This document shows, piece by piece, positions 55,130 through 64,000 of a stretch of DNA of 64,000 bases (its first letter is position 1; each line of letters opens with the position of its first letter). The translations under genes and the position numbers were made by a program. The notes under the pieces were generated by a model. It saw only the letters and a list, made by a program, of their open reading frames with translations. It searched no databases and was not told where the DNA came from. Origin of the DNA: Eledone cirrhosa (Eukaryota); contig OZ024742.1 in NCBI GenBank assembly GCA_964016885.1, forward strand, positions 351,044,001-351,108,000, written 5' to 3'.

Positions 55130-56345
55130 TCCGGGTATGATTGTGTTTTATTTACTTATCTGTTTATTTATTTATTTGTCATTAGTTGTTTGTTTGTGTG
55201 TCTGATTTGTTTTGTTAGTTTGGTTTCTGTGTGTCTGTATGTCTTCATGTTATCCTTCATTACTAGTTGTGATGTTACTATTCCACTCATGTTTTCTGTT
55301 TAATTTTGTTTGGGTTCGTTTTTGTTTGTCGCTTCTGTGATTTGTCTGAGCATTGCATCTTTTCTGTGTGTGGATATAATTTCTATCTCTATATTCTATA
55401 TATGCCCATATGTTATATTTTGGCGTGTTGGTGGAGTACTGATGCGTTTCTCCCATCCTGGAGTTCTTACCAGTGTTCACTTATCATTTCTCCAATGCTA
55501 CAGGCTGTTTCACCAATGTATGTCGTATTCTTATTCCTACACTGTCCTTCAGTACATCTTATGATATGTACTACGTTCCTAGTTTTGCAGTTAGTTGCGG
55601 TTTTTGCTTGCTGCATATGGGTTTTTTTTAAATGTGTATGTTTTTGCTAATTAGGGTTTTTATGAGAATACTTGGTCTTTCAACTATCTTAATATTTTAT
55701 TTGAGCTTGTCTAGGGTCCTTCTAAATCTGTAAGCTAGTTCGGCTCTAGGTGTTGGATGGACGAACGTTACACTATAGTATTTATTGCTATCATAACTTG
55801 GGTTGATTTTATTTGGCTTATCCATTCTATTCTGTTCCAAACTTTGCTCCTATACATGGGGCAAGTCCCATTTGCCTCATTTTAAAAATATTTGCCCATT
55901 TGGTCCTGGCTCCTTTATACACTCTCATCTTCTCTCTCTGATTTTAGTCTGAGAACTGTATGCGGTGGATGAAGTGTTGTATGTGTCTCTCTAATTCTTT
56001 GGGGCTGCACATGCGGCACACGTTCTTTATCACTCTTACTAAGTCTACAATCAGTATATTGATAATTATGTGATCCGAAACAGGTGAGATTTAGTGGATC
56101 AAGTATTTGTGGACATGCGATTGGCATAATGCAAATTTTGTGTCTAGTACGGCTAATATATGGTTGGGGTGTTTCGTTAGATATTAAATAGTAACTTTAA
56201 TATTCTGGTGGATGGAGTTAGCTATTTGCTGGATGTTTTCCAAGATGTTCTTCTCTAATTCCTGACTGTTCTCCTGTGGGGGTGTTTTTACTACGGTTAT
56301 GTCATCTACATAGTCAAGGTTATAAAATTGTCGTCTAATTGTTCC
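55130..56345 (-). pseudogene. Decayed family D-related PLE RT/GIY-YIG
   Basis: Collinear with 36225-37380 (YVDD at ~56300, CTEGQCRNKN..YIGETA, KLNRKHEWNSNITT), with many indels. Confidence 0.85.
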
Positions 56346-56545
56346 TTAAACCTTCTGTCTTAAGTGTTCTGCCTTGTGTTGATGTGAGGTCGCATTGCCT
56401 GGATGTAGTTTGGCAGACTGTCAACAGACATTTTGCCAGAATTGTCTGTTGGAAAACATACAATCTCTCCATTTTCTGAGCCCTGCATGAGCTTACGCAA
56501 CCCATTTGCATGTGTGCGTATTTCCACATAAACACACACACAGTG

Positions 56546-56641
<96 letters not shown>

Positions 56642-57159
56642 TATATATAAATATATATATATGGTTATGACAGTAACATTAGAGTTATTCGACAATATAT
56701 TAACTACAACAGGTATGCAGCTTTCAAAGTAGCCATAGTTATATATTTCACTTATATAAACCAAAGTGACTCAAATTGTTACATTGACAGTTTTATCTGA
56801 GTATTAATTTGGTGTGGTTCTTCTACACACATAACTACACATTAGTCGTGTTTTGATTTACAAGAAAACGCTTTCGTCTATCTCTAACTGGAAGTTGACA
56901 TAAAACCAGACCTTTCAAAGCAATAATTACATATTAAAAGACACCATTACAATTTAAGCTCCTTAGACAAACGCTGTTCTTTCAGAAAACAAACAAACAA
57001 AGACAAGCCACGATAAAGTTTATTAGATAGGAATTTTGAATATATGTGTTTAGGTGAGGGGGACATTTACGTTTCAAAAATCCCATTTGAGAATTGCTGG
57101 TTTCTGGCAGAATGTAAAAATACAACTGTTATGAATAAATTATTATTCTCCTTACATAC

Positions 57160-57238
<79 letters not shown>

Positions 57239-57243
<5 letters not shown>

Positions 57244-57885
57244 ATACTTGGGGAGGGTCATATTTGTGTAATAATATTGCCAGAGTTAATAACAGAACAC
57301 ACTCACTGTTTGGTTGGTTTTCGCTTCTATGTCTTTTATAACGGTTAATTTAAATTATTCGTTCCTCAATGTTACCATTGACAGACCAACGGTCAAAAAT
57401 ACATATATAATATAGACACAAACACATATATATATAGTCTAACAAAGTTATTTCGTTGCACATCTGCAACATCGTCAGTAGTGCTATTCTGTTTCCTCCT
57501 GTTGTATTGTACGCCTACGCCATCTTTATTTAGTCTGTTTATTTATTTATATATTTATTTATGCCTTCTTCTCTGCGCATGCGTTTGCGTGTGTGTATTG
57601 TGTTTGGGTGACTGTGTATTGGTTAGTGTATTCTATCTTAGTTTACTAGTGTGTGTTTATATATGTTAGACTATATATATGTGTTTGTGTCTATATTATA
57701 TCTGTATTTTTGACCCTTGGTCAGTCAATGGTAACATTGAGGACCGAATAAATTAAATTAACCGATATAAATGACACAGAAGCGAAAACCAACGAAAGAG
57801 TGAGTGTGTTCTGTTATTAATTCTGGCAATATTATTACACAAATATGACCCTCCCCAAGTATAACAATATTTGTTTCGACACACG

Positions 57886-57890
<5 letters not shown>
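57239..57890. mobile_element. Family D-like foldback
   Basis: Arms 57239-57444 and 57664-57868; short tail; minus-strand CTGACGA-t-gttgca gatg tgcaac-GAAA at ~57451-57478. Confidence 0.85.
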
Positions 57891-57926
<36 letters not shown>

Positions 57927-59365
57927 TTATGGTGCATTATATTTTCCTCTTCAATGAATTTTCATGGGTATATTTTGTAGGCTGAAGTAATTGTATGACA
58001 ATGTTTGATTTATAATGGTATATATTTAAGTTTTCGATATCTTTTTACTTGACACTATTCAGAATTATGGTACATAGTAGTGCTAAATATCTTATTATTT
58101 AAACGTTTTGTCATTTACATTATATATGTGGAGTGTCTTGCTTATGTGACAACCCACTAATTAAGCATTCGAAGGTTTAAACGATGATTATGCTTTTAAA
58201 TATATAACACATCGTCTGTATTTAAATATATTCTGCCAGGTCGTTATTTCTAGTGATTAGATGGCACACGGAGGTAGATATTCTAAATACCGGCAGCACT
58301 TCTGCAACGTTTGACACTTGGAATGCCCATACTTATAATAACATGGCTATATGAGAATAATTTGTTCTTCTGATTTATTTTATTTCAAAAAAGTTAGGAA
58401 ATTAGTGTATTCGTTTCCCGCATTTAGTGAATACATGAGTGAGTATTTATATTGTATCGCAGCCTGCTATACCTATCGCTAACAACATTGTCACATAATA
58501 GCCTACACACTTAAATATAAATTGCATACTTCAATCTTAGATATATCTTATAAAAGAGTCATTGCGATGTCTAGAACTCATTTGTTCGAATGTCTGCTGA
58601 ATCAGAGCTGATCTAAGAGTAACGATCGAGAAGCAACAATGAGAATCGATAGCATAATCAATAATGTGAAGGATATCCGGTAATGTTGCATTGGCAAATA
58701 AATTACGTGTAATATATTTCAACGAAATATAATTTATGTCTCTGTAATACTGTACGCCTCCACTCAAAATAAATTTCTCTGCATCATTTGTTTTAGAAAT
58801 TATAATATGGAAGCCTCTTTACATAACATTGTATGTTTGGATTTGTTTGCTCCAAATCTCTGGTAACATAATATAGGTGTTCCCTTAGGCCTTTATTCAA
58901 CAGAAATTAGAGCTCTTAATATTGTAAAACAACAGGAAACCTTATCCAAAAATATGAAGACATTTTTAAGTGTAAGGTATCAACAGTATCAAGATACAGA
59001 ACATTCTTTAACGCAAATCAGAAATAGATTTTCTATGTTGTTAAACTCTATTTTAAATTGTTATTATTTCAGCAGCAAAATTTATTGATTTAATATAAAT
59101 GTATTTTCTGGAGAATCCAGAAGGCATAAGGAAAATTCACAAATTTCTATATCCCTGGCCTCGTGTTCCAATTCTGGCTTACTCCTTAAATCGTGCCTTG
59201 GTCTTCAAATAGTTTAATCCTGCCGTGAGACTGGTCGTATTTATAATAGAACAGTGCAGAACAGTGCGCCTAGTCTAATATATGAATCCCTACGAACGTA
59301 ATAATGATGATGAATGCAAATTGTCAAAACATATTTGGCGTGCATTAATGTATTAATATTAATAT

Positions 59366-59554
59366 AGGGCGATTTATTGGCAGTATCGGTAGAGGGTCGG
59401 ACGCCATGCTTTCCAGCATAGTTACGTCCCTTTACGATCTGAGTTCAAATCCCGCCGAGGTTGACTTTGCCTTTCATCCTTACGGGGTCGATAAAATAAT
59501 GTACCAGTAATGCACTGGGTAATTGCTGGCCTTGTGCCTAAAGTAGAAGCAATT
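59366..59554 (+). mobile_element. Main SINE copy
   Basis: Near-consensus sequence. Confidence 0.92.
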
Positions 59555-61185
59555 AATGTATTAATATTTCGTGAAGGTATATAGCAGGGAAACTGAGTAG
59601 GGATAAATATAAATATATTGTGTTTACTTGTTACTCCAATCTTTATAAATACACAATTCTCTTATTTTAGGATGTTCATGCTACAAAACTCGGTCATTAT
59701 TGGTTGTGTTCCTTTCAATTGTTTAACATTTTGAACAACATTAATATCAAATATATAACCTGGTGAAAATAATTAAATATTCTGTTTTAAGAATCCCTTC
59801 ATATTGATCCTTTTTCATTTATAAACGACATAATATTCATGAAAATAATTTCAATTGCAGAAATTACTGCTCTAATTAGGATTCATATTCAAATATTAGG
59901 GAAGGATCAAATAACATCAATTAAGTTATTATAATTTAATTATCAAATATGTAAAATATGATATTTTATTCCCATTGCGATATGAAGTGTTTGATATAAT
60001 ATATATTGAATATTTACGGAATTAAAATAATAACTTAAAAACGTAAAAACTGTAGAGTAATTCTAGAATAAATATTCCTAAACTAAACTATAATATACGG
60101 TAACTATTATGTATAGACGACATTTCCTACTAGAAATCATTGCTCTATGCAACTATTAAACACTTAAATCAATGATATGTTTTTTTTCTCAAAAGTCCGA
60201 CAGATGAAAACGAAAATTAGGAAAATAAAAAAACAGGGAGAAAATATTAGAAAATATCATTAAATCAAACGCGGGAAGTTACTGATGAAACAATGGCAAC
60301 AAATATCTGAAAGCTAGCAAGCTTTTGTGATCTTGTTTGTGGACCTTGTGATAAGCTCAGCACAAGAGTAAAATGAAACGAATCGAAAATCGATTTATAT
60401 CTGTCATAGTGTTATTGGATTATAGAAGTTTGGTTGGTGATCTCATTAGCTTTGATATATAAAATCCCTCAATATATTTATTTATCTTTTTATCTTCTAG
60501 CATCAATCCTTCTGTCTCGACCACTTCCTTTCTCTCTATTCATCTGTGTCTATTTCAGATCCTCTACGATATACTCTAAGCTGAGTATCAATAAAACTAT
60601 GTTGTGATGAATGATATATTAAATACCAACATAGCTTTATTGATAGATGAACAGAGATACAACAAACAAAGACATGTGTATATTTATTAGATTGGGTCCA
60701 TATACGTGTGCAGGAATACCTCTTTATGAATATATGAATACACACAAACACACACAGAAACACACACACACACACGTAAAGAGAGAGACTGACAAACAGT
60801 CATTAACACCCAAGTATACGACTGTAGAGGTGGGTGCTCTAACATAGAAGAACACCACTGCCTAAAAACATAATCATTTGGGAATTCTGATAGTATGAAG
60901 ATATACAATTATGTGGATTCGCTGTATGTCCAACGTGATAACACAATTTAGTATTAACAACTGCTTGGTAAACAACATCTAGTATTTACTTACTGGACTT
61001 TAGCACGGGATCTAATTCATAATTCTATAGATGGGTTTGTTTGAATACTTAGAGATTCGATAAGCACCATGCTAAGTTACGTTCTATATAATATGATATG
61101 TTAATATATTGGTTACCTATCTTCATCTCTCTATGTTATGAGTAATGAAATGTTTTAATACATAGACACACACAATATATATATA

Positions 61186-61282
<97 letters not shown>

Positions 61283-61645
61283 CATTATATAGAAATAAGA
61301 AACATTGGACATAAAGAAAGAAAATATAAATACCCAATATTCATTGAGATTATTTTGTCCCTATTAATCATAGAGCAACAACGGTTAAGGTTGGCACCAC
61401 ATACGGTAGATTAAACACGGAATTATAGTGAGCTGTCAATCTTACACTATTTGCACTTCTATCCTCCTTAGCCACCTCGTCTGTCGCATAGATACTAATA
61501 CCCCTCCGCCATTGTGGTATATTTCCTTGGTTGTAAGAGGCTTAACTCTGTTTCTTGATCGTTGTATCACGTGATAATTTCCCCCTCCGCCATTACGGGT
61601 TCTCTCTCGCGCCTTGCAGACGTATTTTGAAACTTTAAATAAGGT

Positions 61646-61739
61646 ATTCTCTTGATAAGGTGGCAAACCTCACAGAAATACTGCATCTCTATGATGTAGT
61701 GTTTTTGCAAAGTAGCCGTGAAACAGTACAGTCGAGAAT
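61646..61739 (+). ncRNA. U3-A8 type I hammerhead with 61-nt stem II domain
   Basis: attctc-TTGATAA-..-GAA-ACAGTACAGT-C-gagaat; 6-bp stem I; GUC triplet. Confidence 0.7.
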
Positions 61740-61809
61740 GTAGAGGAATATTGGGTATTTATATTTTTTATTTATTTATGTCTAATGTTTCTTCTTTCTT
61801 TATAATGTA

Positions 61810-63050
61810 CTAGCAGTAAAGCCCGGCGTTGCTCGGGGTCGCTCAGTAGCTGTGTTAAAGTTACAATGTTAAGTTTCTTTTTTGGCTTAAAAACTGTAGT
61901 GTCTACTGTGCAGACTTGCATGTGGTGTTTTTGATTAATATTCCCTCAACCAACAATATGCCTTATGAAGTTAAGAAAACATAACGATAACCCGAATTAA
62001 AGTAAATTCAGCCTTATAAGACCGTAAAATTAATTTAAACGTTTAATAGGGAAAGTTTGCTAACCGTCGTAATAAAAAAATAAATATCAATAACTTACGA
62101 AGTAATGAACTCGCCGAACTTTTAAAGCGTTGTAGCATACAAAGGCAGTACAGTGCAAATGAAGCTATTAAACAAACTGGAGATTCCAATTCACTCTACT
62201 AAAGATTTACTTAATCGTCTGCACATTCGCTAATCGTCTGCTCATTCCATAAAAGGGAAATAATCGCCTATATCACCTCTCTGCATGACTGTCTGTCTGC
62301 ACGCCTATATCACCTCTCTGCATGACTGTCTGTCTGCACGCCTATATCACCTCTCTGCACGACTGTCTGTCTGCACGACTGTCTGTCTGCACGCCTAACG
62401 AAATTTACAGATACATATATTTTAAATAAACTTATATAATTTTTGCTTTTTTTTACGAAATATTTGCTTGTTTTACGTAGTCTTTAAATAGACTTGTTTT
62501 CAAGTAAAAATATTGTTTTAAAGGGCTTTTAAATGGAAATGAAGCAAAACGGAAGCTTAGTGTTCGAACTGATGAATTTTGCAGGTCAAAATTTTGCTGG
62601 CTCGACAACTGTTCGTGTATTGTGTTAATGTCATTTTAAACGCTGAGAAAGCCAGCGTAATTTTTTTAATTTTTGCCAGCGTAATTTTTTTAATTTTTGC
62701 ACGCAGAAAATGTAAACAGAACGTAAGACGCTACGCTGAATGTAAACAGAACAAAGGGAAATCATTTTTTTAATTTTTGCACGCAGAAAATGTAAAGAGA
62801 ACGTAAGACGCTACGCTGAATGTAAACAGAACAAAGGGAAATAACTGATCACTTACGCTCAAAAATCGATACATTATATTCGATTTCGTCAGATAGGGCG
62901 GGTCAATTTGAAATATCTTTTTCCGATGTCTTCGCTAGGGCTCAATGTACAAGTATAGCAATTTCGGTGCAATTCCGTGAGAGATTCTAAGAGGAGATGT
63001 GTGCCAAAAATCGATAGACAGACAGACAACCTCAGTTTTATATATATAGA
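61810..63050 (-). mobile_element. Non-autonomous Helitron
   Basis: Minus strand a|TCTATATATATAAAACTGAG .. cccgagcaacgccggg-ctttaCTGCTAG|t; termini resemble those of 42342-43300; internal tandem repeats at 62265-62395 and 62650-62840. Confidence 0.85.
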
Positions 63051-63171
63051 TTATATAGCTCTGATATAGAGTCAATCTAATTCATTCAGATTATTTTGTC
63101 CTTATTAATCAATGAGCAACAACGGCTAAGGTTGGCACCACACAAATTCAGCGATATATGTGTGTATATGC

Positions 63172-63237
<66 letters not shown>

Positions 63238-63691
63238 ATGGGTGTGTGTATATATATGTATGGGTGTGTGTATATATGTATAGGTGTGTGTTTGTGTATG
63301 TATTTGTGTATGTGTACGTATGTGTTTATGTATTTCTATATGTATATTTATGTGTGTGAGTGTGTGTATGTATTTACTTTTTCGTACGTATGTGTACGTG
63401 CATTTGTGTGTATTGCTTACCACGCGTCTCTGTTCATCTACTCGTCGCCTGTATCGCTGTCAACTGTATAATAGTCTTTATTATTATATTTTTTATATAT
63501 ATTATTTCTTATATTTATTAGTGTGTGTGAATATGAAGAGGTGTGTCATTTTTTTCTAATTTTTGTACATGCATATGTACGCATTTATGTATGCGTATGT
63601 ATGTTCGTGTGTATATAGGTATTATCGTGTGCATGTATGTATGTATGTATATGTATGTGTGTATGGCTATGTATGTGTATGTGTATGCATG

Positions 63692-63726
<35 letters not shown>

Positions 63727-64000
63727 TTCTATTTCTATATATATATGTGTGTATATATGTATGTGTGGTTGTATATGTGTATGTGTATGTATAGATGTAT
63801 TGATATTTATGTGCGTATGTATGTATGTATGTGTATGTGTGTATTTATATACACATATATATGTGTATATGTGTGTGTGTATGTATGAGTGTATGTATAT
63901 ATATGTCAGGTCACCAGTTGGTGCTACTGGTAACATGTATCCCAGTACAACCTGGCTCATGGTCGGGTCGTTGGCGACTAAACTGGCAACCCCACCAAGG

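Larger units (their letters stand above)
61279..63145 (+). mobile_element. PLE foldback/partial tandem interrupted by a Helitron
   Basis: 61279-61341 is inverted at 61748-61809; 61339-61402 is repeated directly at ~63080-63142. Confidence 0.75.

Overview
AT-rich, microsatellite-dense animal non-coding DNA. The SINE and (TA)n/(CA)n content suggest an octopus/cephalopod; this is inferred from remembered repeat sequences, not from a search. No host exon is recognisable, and most of the ORF track is translated microsatellite. The window is dominated by Penelope-like retroelements (PLEs; RT plus C-terminal GIY-YIG) and their short derivatives, from at least ten sequence families. I label the main ones A-E. 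About 20 insertions share one architecture: they sit in or beside (TA)n/(CA)n tracts, have two inverted arms, and only one arm carries a terminal tail. Most families carry their own type I hammerhead-ribozyme-like fold in the arm, read by eye. These include canonical cores with long stem II inserts, U3-A8 covariant cores, a CAGAAGA core and a GCAA variant, usually with a palindromic stem III. In families C and D the tail-less arm stops at the same internal ATAT site in independent copies, which suggests two-site priming from the (TA)n target. PLEs nest inside each other's TA tracts. Also present: tandem tRNA-SINE arrays, CRE-like and RTE LINE fragments, two non-autonomous Helitrons, and minisatellites. 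All coordinates were read by eye and may be off by a few bp.
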